NCBI RefSeq assembly: GCF_009914755.1 | Contig: NC_060925.1 | DNA from: the human T2T-CHM13v2.0 reference genome, Homo sapiens | Length of the DNA: 64,000 bases | Strand: one strand, 5' to 3' | Shown: positions 25,471 to 39,090 of the stretch, one piece after another | How positions within the stretch are numbered: the stretch's first letter is position 1 | How the letters are laid out: each line of letters starts with the position of its first letter | The notes under the pieces: model-generated | Told to the model about the DNA's origin: nothing | Database searches by the model: none | Seen by the model: the letters and a program-made list of their open reading frames with translations, nothing else | Made by a program: the position numbers and the translations under genes

Positions 25471-25878
25471 TATTAGAGGTGAGTTATGTCTCCCCCCCAA
25501 TTCATATGTTGAAGTTCTAACCTCCAGTACCTCAGAATGTGACTATATTTGTAGATAGGGCTTCAAAAGTGTTAATTAAGGTAAAATGAGGTCATATGAG
25601 TGAGCCCTAATTCAACATGATGTGTGTCTTTATAAGGAGAGGAAATTAGGACACAGACATGCACAGAGGGAACACCATGTGAAATATAGGGAGAAGATAG
25701 CCATTGAATAGCCAAGGGGGGAGGACTTAGACTCAGAATAATAACAACTCTGCAAATACCTTGCTCTCGAACTTCCAGCCTCCAGAACTGTGAGGAAATA
25801 AATTTCTGTTGTTTAAGCTCCTCTCCCCACCCCTCCATCTGTAATATTGTGTTCTGGCAGCCCTACCAAACTAATACA
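25471..25878 (+). mobile_element. MLT1B-like LTR
   Basis: 'ttcatatgttgaagttctaacctccagtacctcagaatgtgact...ccagcctccagaactgtgag...ccaaactaataca'. Confidence 0.85.
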
Positions 25879-26145
25879 AGGATGAAGGTCTAAACCTGGG
25901 CAGGCAGAGGGGAATGGAATGGAAGAGGGAAGGTTATAAGAAACATTCAACAATTGCACTGCTGGTTCCTGGAAAAAGAAGTGTTAACTCTAAGTAAGAG
26001 AAAGGGATGTTTTAGTACAAATCAAGTTAAACAAAACTAATTTTCTTTGGTTATTCATTTACTTCTTTATTTGATATGGGAAACAGAACAGATAGAGCAG
26101 ATTCAATATAACTTAATTTCAGCTACACATTCAACAATATTTTCT

Positions 26146-26875
26146 GTCACAGGATGGCCCCACAGAAGCCCCAGAAGCAGATGCTGACACAGAATTTGAG
26201 GTGCAAGATGAAAGGGTTGGCTGGGCACAGTGGCTCAAGCCTGTAATCTAAGCATTTTGGAAGGCCAAGTTGGGAGGATTGCCTCAGTCCAGGAGTTTGA
26301 CATGAGCCTGGGCAACATGGTGAGACCCCCATCTCTACAAAAACTATAAAAATTAGCTGAACGTGGTAGCCAGGCACCTGTAGTGCCAGCTACTCAGAAG
26401 CTGAGGTGAGAGAGGTTGTATCCCTGGACGGAGGTTGAGGCTACAGTGAGCTGTGAATGTGCCACTGCATTCCTGTCTGGGCCACAGAGTAAGACTCTGT
26501 CTCGATAAACAAACAAACAAACAAACAAAAAAGACCTCAAAAAGATGTAGGGATCAACATATGTGAAAGAGAGAGAAAGCAAGACTGGGTAGAGGGAGAG
26601 GCCAAACTGTAATGCAGGACTTCTAACATCAGAAGCTCTGGAAAAAGTATTGCTTGTTAAATTATCCCACATTGAACCAAAATGGCTAGACCTAAATAAT
26701 CTCCAACGTCCAGTCACTTCATGTAGGCTGTCCTGGAAGGGCATGACCATGGCAAGGTGGCTTTGCAGCTGAGGCAAACCCTGGAGGAGTTGAAAGTTGG
26801 AGGTATCTGCAGTCTACTGACTGCTCCCCTTGTGGCTGGGCAGCAAGTCCATCTTTGAAGGTGATTGAGTGATAG
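26146..26875 (-). mobile_element. LTR16-like (ERVL) LTR interrupted by AluJ
   Basis: 'ccccagaagcagatgctgacacag...gtgcaag' resumes after the Alu with 'gggatcaac...ccagtcact...gcagctgaggcaaaccctg'. Confidence 0.65.
26219..26532 (+). mobile_element. AluJ (Jo-like) with (CAAA)n tail
   Basis: 'ggaggattgcct...gaggctacagtgagctgtg' J diagnostics. Confidence 0.9.
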
Positions 26876-26979
26876 GTTTCCAGTTTTATCAAACCTTCCA
26901 GATGAAATACATATTATGAAATAGCATGGTAACCTGAACTCAAAACTAGGCTACGTGTAAAAATATCACCAGCCATTGT

Positions 26980-27200
26980 ATTTAAAAAGTTGATTATGTG
27001 CTAGTCATGATGCTGTCATCTATAACATCATTTTATTTATTTTTCAAATGAGCATATCTTCTTTTTATTTCCATTATGCAGGTAAAAGACATTAGTATTT
27101 AGATAAGTTGAAGTTACTCCCTCAATGTCTTGCCATAGGTAGAAGGCCCAGGAATAAAATTTGTTTCCCTTGACTCTGGAACCTATAACTTAACTACTAA
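26980..27200 (-). mobile_element. MIR
   Basis: 'ttatgcaggtaaaagac...gataagttgaagttact...tgactctggaacctataacttaactact'. Confidence 0.55.
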
Positions 27201-27299
27201 TTTATACTCCATGTTGATGAATAGATGGTGTCAAACATGAAGTGTTTCTTAAGGGATGTGCTGGAGGATTTTTTTTCACATATCTTTACTTTGGGATAG

Positions 27300-27575
27300 C
27301 ACTTTCAATGACTGGATGAAGGCATAACAGACATGCTTGTCAAATCTGTAGATAAAAAAAGCTAAGAAGGATAAAAAATACTTTGGACACAAAAATCAAA
27401 GATATTCCTAGACTGCAGTGATGTTCAAAATTATCAGGACGAAATTTAGAAGGGATACACATTATATTTTACACTTGGGTTTAGAATTTTCCTGCACGAA
27501 TTCTCAGTGTCGGAAACCTAACTTAACGGTGATTCATGTGAGAAAAAAACCCTTAGGGGATTTAACTGACTCTAA
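27300..27575 (+). mobile_element. L3/CR1 LINE RT fragment
   Basis: Decayed NDLDEG...LIKF(A)D...KL and 'ttacacttgggt' (LHLG), 'gaaaaaaacccttagggg' (EKDLG) motifs. Confidence 0.65.
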
Positions 27576-27599
27576 GGCAACTCAGTAAGTGGAAAAAAG

Positions 27600-27810
27600 A
27601 TTAAGCTTGAATATCAGCTGTACCTGAATTTGGGTCCTGGTTCCAATACTTACACATGGCTGGATACTTTGACTTTCTGAGTTGGTATTATTAATCTAAA
27701 ATGAGAATAGTGATATTATTTGCCTTGACTACTTTAGAGGTTTCTTAAGACTATTTTGTGAAAAAATAAACAAGTAAAAAGAGCTGTATAAACTGTTGTA
27801 TAGCACCTAA
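27600..27810 (+). mobile_element. MIR
   Basis: 'acctgaatttgggtcctggttccaatactta...taaaatgagaatagtgat...gagctgtataaactg'. Confidence 0.55.
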
Positions 27811-28309
27811 AAGTCAAATCTTTACCACTATTTTATCATCTCACGTCAGACACAGTAGGTAGGCAATATGAAGTATGAACTTAGAGCAGGTGTTCTAGAA
27901 TACACCTGATTTTCACTGGGCAACATTCATGTCAGTTCTTTCTTCAAGTGTTTTGGGGTCTGGCTTTTGTTGAGAGCATTATTTCAAATGGTAGACTTGA
28001 AAAAAATCAACATCCCAGTAATAGTTGTATTTATATTATTTAGATAACTTTTTGTGGAAATCCACTAAGAGAAAGAATAGCTACATATTCCAGAAAGACT
28101 GAAAGGGGCAAAAACATTGATTATAACAAATTTCACTCTCAGAAAATCTGCGGATAATGTTTAAGTTTACTTCCCACAAAAGACTCTCTGAGTATGAAAT
28201 TTATTATAACCAATTTTTCATTGCTCCTCTCAGTTTAGGGGAATCTGTAGCTATTCTCTCTCAGTAGATTTTTACAGAATGTTCTTCTAAATAGAGAAAG
28301 AATAAGGAA

Positions 28310-28520
28310 ACAACTAGCATTAAGTGTCAATTATGTATTAATCACTTCTCTACAATATTCTACAAATATTTTGTCTCATCATTGTCCTCAATTTGAAGTT
28401 AGAAGAACTGAGGCTTTGTTTAAATAAATATTTTATAAATAGATAAATTATTCAGGTGGTAACTAGAGGAGATGGATTGGAATCTAGGCTTCTGTCTCCA
28501 AAGCTCTGCTTTGAACATCC
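28310..28520 (-). mobile_element. MIR
   Basis: 'gaactgaggct...ggatggattggaatctaggcttctgtctccaaagctctgct'. Confidence 0.55.
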
Positions 28521-30519
28521 TTCCATGCGCATCATGAAGACAACACTGAGAAAAGTGCTTTTAACTCATTGTGCTCTGTGTTCACGTCACCTGTGCCACA
28601 CTGTCAGGGAAAGTAGACAGTTTCACAGAAACTCACAGAAGGATTGGCAAAGATAGTGATGACATTTCTTGTTTTGAGCAATAACTTCTTCTATGGAATA
28701 AGATGAGGTTTTAAAGGCATATGATCATCCCTACTCCTGTCCTTCTTATAACTGTGACCTCCGTGAGATTCCAGAGACCAGTCAAGCTTTAACATTAAGT
28801 AGATTTTATGGAGGCCATAAATCATTCAAACAGCTGGTGAAATATCTCAAGTTCAGCCTCAAGAAGTCAACTGTGATAACTATTGACATAAGTTAAAGGT
28901 CCTCTGGGACCCTTCAAATTGCAACAATATTCACCAGACCCTCTCAGTTTAGCCTTTTACCGACACCATAGTAACACATTCTAGAACAAAACAGTGGAGT
29001 CAGTTTGGGGTTAGGGTTTATTAGCAGATGTAGAGGAACTTGCCTTCATGTTCTACCTGCATTCCCAGTTCAGAGCTCCAGGGCCTCTTCCAGTGAATTG
29101 CAAGCCTTTAGATCATGGGCCAATCAGCATTTAAACTTCCTTGCATGGAAGTGAGCACCACTGACCCTTACCTACCAAGAATATTGCTTATATCTATAGA
29201 AACTCACCCCAACAAACCACCAAGAGTACATTAAATCCTAAGAGCCCCAGCTCAGACTCTCAGGCTATACCCTAATCATGAAAGGACTGTAAAATGCTAT
29301 AAGATAAGAGGGAATGTGTGATGACACCGAATGGCATTATCTATAGGTAGAGAAATGCATTCCTACTAGTGAGCTATAAAAGCACTCTCCTGAGCTACAA
29401 AGGAAGGAAATTTAATGCTAGGCAAGTTTGAAATATTTCCTAATTTCAGACCTCAGTTCTTTACTCTGGGTACCCAGACAGCCCACACTTTCCCATATAA
29501 TATTTGTGAAAGTGCTCTGCAAATGTGATGTGCTATTTAAAATTTTTGAGTTGTTACCATTTTCTTTATTACCATACCTTTGGCCAGGAGCAGAGCAGTG
29601 TGATATTTGAGTTGGACTCCACCAAGAGAAAGAGAGCATTCTTCTTTGATTGACTCAAAAAATCCTCTGAAAGAGGTTAATGGTGGAAGTGAAAAGCATC
29701 ATTCTACAACCCGGGGGACATTCTTGGCATATCACATAATTGAACCCTGGGGAGTAAAACAGGCGTAACTCAGATCCCCTTACCTGCTTCTAAGGAATTT
29801 GGTGCCAACAAATGTGGCTTAATAGAATGAACAAACCAACTAAGAGTTGTTCTGATTCTAAATTATTACTTGATCCACCAGCATATACTACGCTCTTAAG
29901 CCATGTTTAAAAAATTTTATATAGCAGCAAGCTTCTGTTTTGACATAATGAAACTCTGACATATGGAGAGCATAAAGAGAATTAGGAATTAACCTTTTCA
30001 AACCTGAAAATCAGCCAAGATGAAGTTACCTCAATGACGCATAAGAGGCCTTTGAAATTCTTCCCTCTTTCCATGTAAGGTAATTAATCAGAGCCCGACT
30101 AATCAGAACATTTGAGAAAACAGAATCTCCTCACAGTCTTTACTCTTGTTGAATAAAAAGACAAATAATGGGAATTTGACTAGTTAGGTTAATTTCCTTT
30201 CATAATGGTCCCAGTAAGAAAATCTGAATTTCAGGATAAAAAATGAATTAATGACACAACAAATTTTCCAGACTCTGCTCTTGATTCAACAGAATCACTA
30301 CCCCTCCACGCAGCCCATTCAATAGCTGGGCACTTAGCAATGCCATCAAATGCTGAAATACAATCTATCTCCTTTGAAAACTTATCTTTGGCACCGTAAT
30401 TATGCCATCTTCTCTCCGGTGTTATAAACCCTGCTCAGGCTTTAGTGCCCGTTTGTCTACTGACATTGCTCATTTCAAGATCACCAGTGACCACCACATA
30501 GCCAAATACAATGGGCAAT

Positions 30520-30862
30520 TTTATTAGTTTCCTAGAGTTGAAACAACAAAGTACCACAAACTGGGTGGCTTAAACAGCATTAATTTATTTTCTCACTATT
30601 CTAGAGGTTAGAAGTCTGAGATCATGGCATTGGCAGGGTTGGTTTCTTCTGAGGCTTCTCTCCTTGGCTTGTAGAGGGCTGCCTTCCTGTGTCTTCATGT
30701 GATATTTCCCTTTGTACTTGTTTGTGTCCATATTTCCTCCTTGCATAAGGACATTAGTCAGATTGAATGAGGATGTAGCCTAATTACCTCATTTTAACAT
30801 AATCACCTCTTTAAAGACCCTATCTCTAAATATAATCACATTTTGAGGTACTGAAGTTTGGG
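30520..30862 (-). mobile_element. MLT1B-like LTR (partial), inserted in L2
   Basis: 'tattagtttcctag...aaagtaccacaaactgggtggcttaaac...gaccctatctctaaata'. Confidence 0.82.
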
Positions 30863-31014
30863 TCTCATTTGCTAAATCCTCCATCTTTGCAATCTCTAAA
30901 ACCTTAGAGTGCTCCAGGGCACTTTAATCAATTCTGTCTATACTTACATCATAGGTGATCTCATTTGGTCCCAGAAATTAAAAACTATATATAAGAATGG
31001 CTCTCACATGTATA

Positions 31015-31325
31015 CATGTAGTACCCTCTATCTGTGCTTTCAAGTTCCATGGTTTCAATTAATCGCTGTATAGCATGATAAGATATTTTGAGAGACAGAG
31101 CACATTCATATAACCTTTATTACAGCATATTGTTATAATTGTTCTATTTTATTATTAGTTATTGCTGTTAATCTTTTACTGTGCCTAATTTATAAATTAA
31201 ACTTTATCATAGTTATGCATGCATAGGAAAAAAAACATACATACAGGGTTTGGTACTGTCTGTGGTTTTGGGCATCCACTGGGAGTCTTGGAATGTATCC
31301 CCTACAGTTAGTGGAAGACACCATT
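31015..31325 (+). mobile_element. MER44A (TcMar-Tigger)
   Basis: 'aagatattttgagagacag...tgtgcctaatttataaattaaactttatcatag...gcatccactgggagtcttggaa'. Confidence 0.85.
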
Positions 31326-31329
31326 AACT

Positions 31330-32113
31330 CCAAGGCAAGACTTTTTCCCTGGTACTGATATATCTAATGCATATGTCTAACTGCCTACTTAACTTATTCC
31401 AAATCAAATTTCTGATATAACTCCCACCTCAAACTTGCTACTTATGCTTCTTCCCCATGACAGTAAGTGACATTTCTCCTTACCTGCAACTTAGGCCAAC
31501 ATTTTGGAGCCATCCTCAATTTAATTATTTCTGTTATGTCTCACATCAATTCCAACACAGCTTTATCTTCAAAGTATATCCAGAATGCATTTGCTTCCTA
31601 CCTCCTCTACCGTTACTCCTTATGCAAACGTTTCTTACTGGGAAAATAGCTCTAGCATCCAACTCATCTCCTTGATTTGACTATAAACCTCCCTTACAAT
31701 CTATTCTCCACACAGCAATTACAGTGATTCTTTACAAACCCATTGGATAATATGACTTCTCTTTTTAAACATTCCTATGGCTTCCTGTCATACAGATAAA
31801 AACCTAAAGTCTTTAACATGGTTTACAGTTCCCTGTGTGGTCTGTTTCCTACTATTCTCCCCCTTGTTTTTTCTAATCTGTCTTCACTGTGCTGGGCCTC
31901 TGAGCTGTTTCTTAAACATACCAACAGTACTGCCTTCTCAGGCCTTTGCATTTGCATTTCATTGCTCCTCCCCTGGTCTGAAAAGCCTTTGCCCTGGACA
32001 CCTACCTTGCTCCCTTTCTCACTTTATTCCAGTTGCTGATCAAATATCATCTCAACAAGTAGGTCTTTCATTACCTCACATTTAAAGTAGGCTTTCTATC
32101 TCTCTCTTTCTCC
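31330..32113 (+). mobile_element. L2 (continues at 41058-41144 and 46353-46390 after nested L1 and ERV insertions)
   Basis: 'ttctccacacagca...caggcctttgcatttgc' and, after removing the inserts, a contiguous L2 3' end '...tggaatgccagctctcaaggccagg'. Confidence 0.7.
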
Positions 32114-32487
32114 ATATTCTTCCTATTTATTTATTTATTTATATTTCCATAGCTTTAGGAGTACACATGGTTTTTAGTTACATGGATGATGAAATCTGAA
32201 ATTTTAGTACCCTGTCATCTGAATAGGTAAATAGTACCCAATATGTAGTTTTTAATCCCTCATCCTCCTCCCACCCTCCTCCCTTTTAAGTTTCTAATGT
32301 CCATTAGACCACTACGTATGCCTTTGTGTACCCATTGCTTAGCTTCCACTTATAAGTGAGATCCTGTGGCATTTGGTTTTTCATTCTTGAGTTCCTTCAC
32401 TTAGAATAATGGCCTCTGGTTCCATACGAGTTACTGCAAAAGACATTATTTCATTTATTTTTATGGCTGAGTAGTATTCCATGGCGC

Positions 32488-32672
32488 ATATATATATATA
32501 CATATATATATCTATATATATATATGTATATATGTATACACGTGCACACATATATGTGTGTGTATATATGTATATGTATCCATATATGTACATATGCATA
32601 TATATTTATATATATATCTACATATATACGTGTGTGTATATATATATTATGTGTGTATATATATATATACAC
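32488..32672. repeat. (TA)n/(TATG)n/(TG)n compound microsatellite within the L1PB 3' region
   Basis: Directly visible; it generates several spurious Y/I-rich ORFs. Confidence 0.95.
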
Positions 32673-33706
32673 ACCACATTTTCTGTATCCACTCATTGGT
32701 TGTTGGGCAGTTAAGTTGGTTCCATGTCTTTGCAACTGTGAATCGTCCTGCAATAAACATACACGTGCAGGTGTCTTTTTGATATTATGACTTCTTTTCC
32801 TTTGGGTGTATACCAAGTAGCAGAATTGCTGGATCAAATGATAGATATACTTTTTGTTCTTTGAGAAATTTCCATTCTGTTTTTCATAGAGTTTTTAGTA
32901 ATTTACATTCCTACCAGTAATGTATAAAAGCATACATTTTTACCACATCCACACCAATGTTTATTGTTTTTTGACTTTTTAATAATGACTATTCTGGCTG
33001 GGGTAAGGTGTTACCACATTACGGTTTTAATTTGCATTTGCCTGATGATTAGTGGTGTAGAACTTTTTTTCACATGTTTGTTGGCCATTTGCATATCTTC
33101 TTTTGAGAAACGTCTATTCATGTCATTTGTTCACTTTTTAATGGGATTATTGTTTTTTCTTGCTGATTTGTTTGAGTTCCTCATAGATTCTGGATATTAG
33201 TCCTTTGTCAGTTGCATAGTTTTCAAATATTTCCTCCCTTTCTGTGGGTTGTCTGTGTACTCTGATGGTTCTTTCTTTGGCTGTACAGAAGCTTTTTAGT
33301 TTACTTAAGTCCCATCGGTTTATTTTTTTGTTTTGTTGTATTTGCTTTTGTGGTCATAGTCATAAATTCTTTGCCTAGGCAAATGTCCAGAAGAATTTTT
33401 TCTAGGTTTTATTTTACAGAATTTTTATAGTTTCAGGTCTTAGATTTAAGTCTCTAATCCATCTGGAGTTGATATTTGTATGTGGTGAGAGACAGAGATC
33501 CAGTTTCATTCCTCTACAAATTTATGTTTTTATATGTTTTGTCAAAGATAACTTGATTATAAGTATTTGGCTTTATTTCTGGGTTCTCAATTCTGTTACA
33601 TTGGCCTATGTGTCTACTTTTATGCCACTACCATACTATTTTGATTGCTATAGGCTTGTAGTATTATTTGAAGTCAACCAATGTTTGACTCCTCCAGATT
33701 TGTTTT

Positions 33707-34017
33707 ATTGTTTGTTCATTTGTTTTGTTTTGTTTTTGTTTTTGAGTCAGAGTCTCACTCTGTTCCCTGGGTTGGAGTGCAGTGGCACAATCTTGGCTCA
33801 CTGCAGTCTCCACCTTCTGGGTTCAACTGATTCTCCAGGCTCAGCCTCCTGAGTATCTGACATTACAGGTGCCCACCAGCTGGCTAATTTTTGTAATTTT
33901 AGTAGAGATGGGGTTTCACCATGTTGACCAGGGGTTCAAACTCCTGACCTCATGTGATCTGCCTGCCTCTGCCTCTCAAAGTGCTGGGATTACAGGCATG
34001 AGCCAGTGTGCCTGGCC
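33707..34017 (-). mobile_element. AluS (diverged) in L1PB
   Basis: Alu dimer with (TTTTG)n tail; TSD cagatttgtt/cagattcgtt. Confidence 0.9.
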
Positions 34018-35690
34018 CAGATTCGTTCTTTTTGATTAGGATTGTTTTGGCTATTGAGGTTTTTTTTTTTTTTTCTGTTACAAATGAATGTTAGGATTTT
34101 TTTTTCTAACTCAGTGAAAAATGATGTTGATATTTTGATAGGAATTGCATTGAAATCTGTAGATTTCTTTGGACAGCATGGTCATTTTCATATGGATTCT
34201 TCAAATTCGTGATTATGGAATGTGCTTCCATTTGTGTCATCCACGTTTTCTTTCAGAAGTGTTTTGTAGTTCTTGTAGAGATCTTTCACTTTCTTGGTTA
34301 AAAAGTATATTCCTAGTTGTTTTTTTCTCCAGCTATTGTAAAAGGATTTGAGTTCCTGATTTGATTCTCAGCTTGGTTGTTGTTGGTGTATAGTGCTGCT
34401 ACTGATTTGTGTACATTGATTTTGTAACATGAGACTTTATTGAATTCATTTATCAAATGTAGGATTCCTTTGGAGGAGTCTTTAGGGTTTTCTAGGCATA
34501 CCATCATGTTATTGCCAAACAGAGATAGTTTAACCTTCTCTTTTCCAATCTGTATGCTCTTTATTTCTTTCTCTTGCCTGATTGGTTGGGCTAGAACTTC
34601 AGTAATATGTAGAATAGAAATGGTGGAAATGGGCATCCTTGTCTTGTTCCAGTTCTAAGGGGGAATGCTTTCAACTTTTTCCCATTCTGTATTATGTTGG
34701 CTGTGGGTTTGTTAGGGCTTTTATTATTTTAAAGTATGTTCCTTCTATGCCTAGTTTGTTGAGAGTTTTTATCATAAAGCAAAGATGAAATTTATCAAAT
34801 GCCCTTTCTGCATCTATTGAGATGATCCCATGGCTTTTGTTTTTAATTCTGTTTATGTGATGAATCACATTTATTGACTTGTGTCTGTTGAATCATCCCT
34901 GCATCCCTGGGATTAAAACCACTTGATAATGGTAAATATTTTTTGATATGCTATTGGATTACTTTGCTAGTATTTTGTTGAGAATTTTTGCACCTATTTT
35001 CATCAGGGATATTGGTCTGCAGTTTTCTTTTTCTGTTATGTCCTTGACTGGTTTTGGTATCAGGGTGACACTGGATCCATAGAATAAGTTAGGGAGGATT
35101 CCCTCTTTCTCAGTCTTTTGGAATAATTTGAGTAGAATTGATACCAATTCTTCTTTGAACATCTGGTAGAATTCAGCGGTGAATCTGCCTGGCTCTGGGC
35201 TTTTCTGTAGTTGTTGGCAAATTTTTTATTTCTGATTCAATCTTACTGCTTGTTATTGGTTTGTTCAGAATTTCTATTTATTTCTCATTCAAGTTAGGAA
35301 AATTACATGTTTCCAGAAATTTATCAATTTCTTTTACATTTTCTAGTTTGTGTGCATAGAGGTGTTCACAGCAGTCTCAAGTGATCTTTTGTATTCCTGT
35401 GGTGTTGGTTGTAATGTTTTCATTTTCAATTATTATTGAGCTTATTTGAATCTTCTACCTCCTTTTTTGGTGAATCTAGCTAATGGTCTATTGATTTTGT
35501 TTAGCTTTTCAAATGATGAACATTTCATTTTATGGATCCTTTGTATTTTTTTGGTTTCAATTTTATTTAGATCTGCTCTGATCTTTGTTATTCTTCTTCC
35601 TCTGCTAGCTTTGGTTTGGTTTGCTTTGTTCTTGTTTCTGTAATTCCTTGAAGTGTGATGTTAGATTGTCAAATTGTGATCTTTCAGACA

Positions 35691-35984
35691 TTTATTTTAT
35701 TTTGAGACAGGGTGTCACTTTATCTCCCAGGCTGGAGTGCAGTGGCATAATCATGGCTCACTGCATTCCCAACCTCCTGGGGTCAAGCAATTCTCCCACC
35801 TCAGCCTGCCAAGTAGCTACGGCTACATGCATGCATCAACATTCCCAGTTAATTTCTGTACTTTTCATAGAGACAGGGTTTCACCAGTTGCCCAGGCTAA
35901 TCTCAAACTCTTGGGCTCAAGTGATCTACTCACCTTGGCCTCTCAAAATGTTAAGATTACAGGCATGAACCACCACACCTGGCC
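35691..35984 (-). mobile_element. AluJb in L1PB
   Basis: 'gatcatggctcactgc'-type and 'ttgggctcaagtgatc' J diagnostics; TSD cagacattt/cagaatttt. Confidence 0.88.
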
Positions 35985-36251
35985 CAGAATTTTTGATGTA
36001 GGTATTTAGCACTATAAATTTTCCTTGTAGCACTGTTTTTGTTGTATCCAAGAGGTTTTGATAACTTGTGTCACTTTTATCATTCATTTCAAAGATTTTT
36101 AAAATTTCCATTTGATTTGATTGTTAACCCCAAAATCATTTAGAAACAGATTGCTTAATTTCTATTATTTGTACAGTTTTGAAAGTTATTTTTGGAATTA
36201 ATTTCTTGTTTTATTCTACCATGGTGTAAGAAGATATTTGATGTGGTTTCA

Positions 36252-39090
36252 ATTTATTTTATTTAAGGTCTGGGATACATGTGCAGGGTGTGTTGGCTTA
36301 TTACATAGGTAAATGTGAGCCATGGTGGTTTGCTACACCTATCAGCCTATCACTTAGGTATTAAGCCCTGCATGCATTAACCATTTATCCTAATGCTCTC
36401 CCTCCTCCTGCCAGGCTCCAGTGTGTGTTATTCCCCTCCCTGTGTCCATGTGTTCTCATTGTTCAGCTCCCACTTATAAGTGAGAACATGCAGAATTTGG
36501 TTTTCTGTTTCTGTGTTAGTTTGCTGAGGATAATGGGTTCCAGTTTGATCCATGTCCTTGAAAAATACATGATCTTGTTCCTTTTTATGGCTGCATAGTA
36601 TTCCATGGTGTATATATACTACATTTTTAAATCCAGTCTATCATTGATGGGCATTTGGGTTGACTCCATGTCTTCATTACTGTGAATAGTGCTGCATTGA
36701 ACATACACATGTATGTGTTTTTATGGTAGAACTATTTTATATTCCTTTGGGTATTACCCAGTAATGGGATTTGTGGGTCAAATGGTATTTCTGGTTCTAG
36801 GTCTTTGAGGAATCACCACTGTTTTCCACAATGGTTGAACTCATTTACATTCCCACCCCAACAATGTAAAAGTCTTCTTATTTCTCCACAGCTTCACCAG
36901 CGTCTGTTGTTTCTTGACCTTTTAATAATCACCATTCTGACTGGTGTGAGATGGTGTCTCATTATGGTTTTGATTTGCATTTCTCTAATGATCAGTTATG
37001 TTGAACTTCTTCTTACATGTTTGTTGGCCGTATAATGTCTTCTTTTGAGAAGTGACTGTTCATGTTATTTGCCTACTTTTTAATGGGATTGTATGTGTTC
37101 TTTCTGGTAAATGTGTTTAAGTTCCTCACAGATTCTGGATATTAGACCTTAGTCAGACAAATAGATTGCAAAAAATTTCTTCTATTCTGTAGGTTGTCTG
37201 TTCACTTATTTTGCTGTACAGTTGCTCTTTAGTTTAATTATATCCTATTTGTTAATTATTGCTTTTGCTGCAATAGCTTTTGACATTTTCATGATGAAAT
37301 ACTTGCCCATGCCTATGTCCTGAGTGGTATTGCCTAGATTTTCTTCTAGGGTTTTATAGTTTTGGGTTTTACATTTAAATCTCTAATCCATTTTGAGTTA
37401 TTTTTTGTGTAAGGTGTAAGGAAAGGTTTCAGTTTCAATTTTCTGCATATGGGTAGCCAGTTCTTCTAGCACCATTTATTAAATAGGTTCCCCATTACTT
37501 GTTTTTGAGAAGTTTGTCGAAGATAGATGGTTGTAGATGTGTGATCTTATTTCTGAGTTCTCTATTTTCTTCCATTGGTCTATGTGTCTGTTTTGGTACC
37601 AGTACTATGCTGTTTTGATTACTGTAGCCTTGAAGTACAGTTTGAAGTCAGGTAGCATGATGCCTCCAATTTTGTTCTTTTTGTTTAGGATTATCTTGGC
37701 TATACAGGCTCTTTTTTGTTTCCATATGAATTTTAAAATAGTCTTTTCTAATTCTGTGAAGAACATCAGTGCTAGTTTAATGGGAATAGCATTGAATCTA
37801 TAAATTACTTTGGGCAGTATGGCCATTTTCACTGTATTGATTCTTCCCATCCATGAGCATGGAATGTTTTTTCCATTTGTTTATTTCTTTCTGATTTCCC
37901 TGAGCAATGATTTGTAGTTCTCTTGAAGATGTCCTTCACTTCCCTTGATAGCTGTATTCTTAAATATTTTATTCTCGTTGTGGCAATTGTGAATGGGAGT
38001 TCATTCATGATTTGTCTCTCTGCTTGTCTATTGTTGGTGTATAGGAATGCTTGTGATTTTTGCGCATTGATTTTGTGTTCTGAGACATTGCTGAAGTTGT
38101 TTATCAGCTCAAGAAGCTTTGGGGCTGAGATGATGGGGTTTTCTAGATACAGGATCATGTCATCAGCAAACAGAGGCTGTTTGAGATCCTCTCTTCCTTT
38201 TTGAATACACTATATGTCTTTCTCTTGACCGATAGCCTTGGCCAGAACTTCCAGTACTATGTTGAATAGGAGTGGTGAGGGGGCATCCTTGTCTTGTGCC
38301 AGTTTCAAGGAGAGGAGAATGCTTCCATCTTTTGCCCATTCAGTATGACATTGGCTGCAGGCTTGTCATAAATAGTTCTTATTATTTTGAGGTATGTTCC
38401 ATCAGTACCCACCTAGTTTATTGAGAGTTTTTAACATGAAGGAATGTCAAATTTTTTCTAAGGCCTTTTCTGCATCTATTGAGATAATCATGTGGTTTTT
38501 GTCTTTATTTCTGTTTATGTGATGAATTATGTTTATTGATTTGCATATGTTGAACCAGCCTTGCATCTTGGGGATGAAGCTCACTCAATCATGGATAAGT
38601 TTCTGATGTGCTGCTGGATTCAGTTTGCCAGTATTTTATTGAGGATTTTCACTTCAATGTTCATCAGGGATATTGGCCTGAAGTTTTCTTTATTTGTTGT
38701 ATCTCTGCCAGGTTTTGGTATCAGGATGATGCTGGCCTCATAAAATGAGTTAAGGAGGAGTCCCTCCTTTTTAATTGTTTGGAATAGGAAAAAAATGATA
38801 CCAGCTTCTCCTTGCACCTCTGGTAGAATTCAGCTATAAATCCAGCTTTTTTTTGGCTGGTAGGCAATTTATTACTGCCTGAATTTCAGAACTTGTTATT
38901 AGTCTATTCAGGGATTCAATTTCTTTCTGATTCACTTTTGGGAGGATGTATGTTTCCAGGAATTTATCAATTTCTTCTAGATTTTCTAGTTTATTTGCAT
39001 AGAGGTATTTATAGTATTCTCTGATGGTTGTTTTTCTACTGGCTCAGTGGTAGTATCCTCTTTATCATTTTTTATTGTATCTATTTGATA
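36252..39090 (-). mobile_element. L1PA10-like, 5'-truncated, nested in L1PB; no TSD
   Basis: 3'UTR 'taggtattaagccctgcatgcatta...ctaatgctctccctcc'; ORF2 pieces ([22 protein letters not shown]). Confidence 0.85.

Noticed and set aside
32381-32837. Cluster of overlapping Y/I/C-rich ORFs
   Set aside because: Translations of a TA/TG microsatellite.
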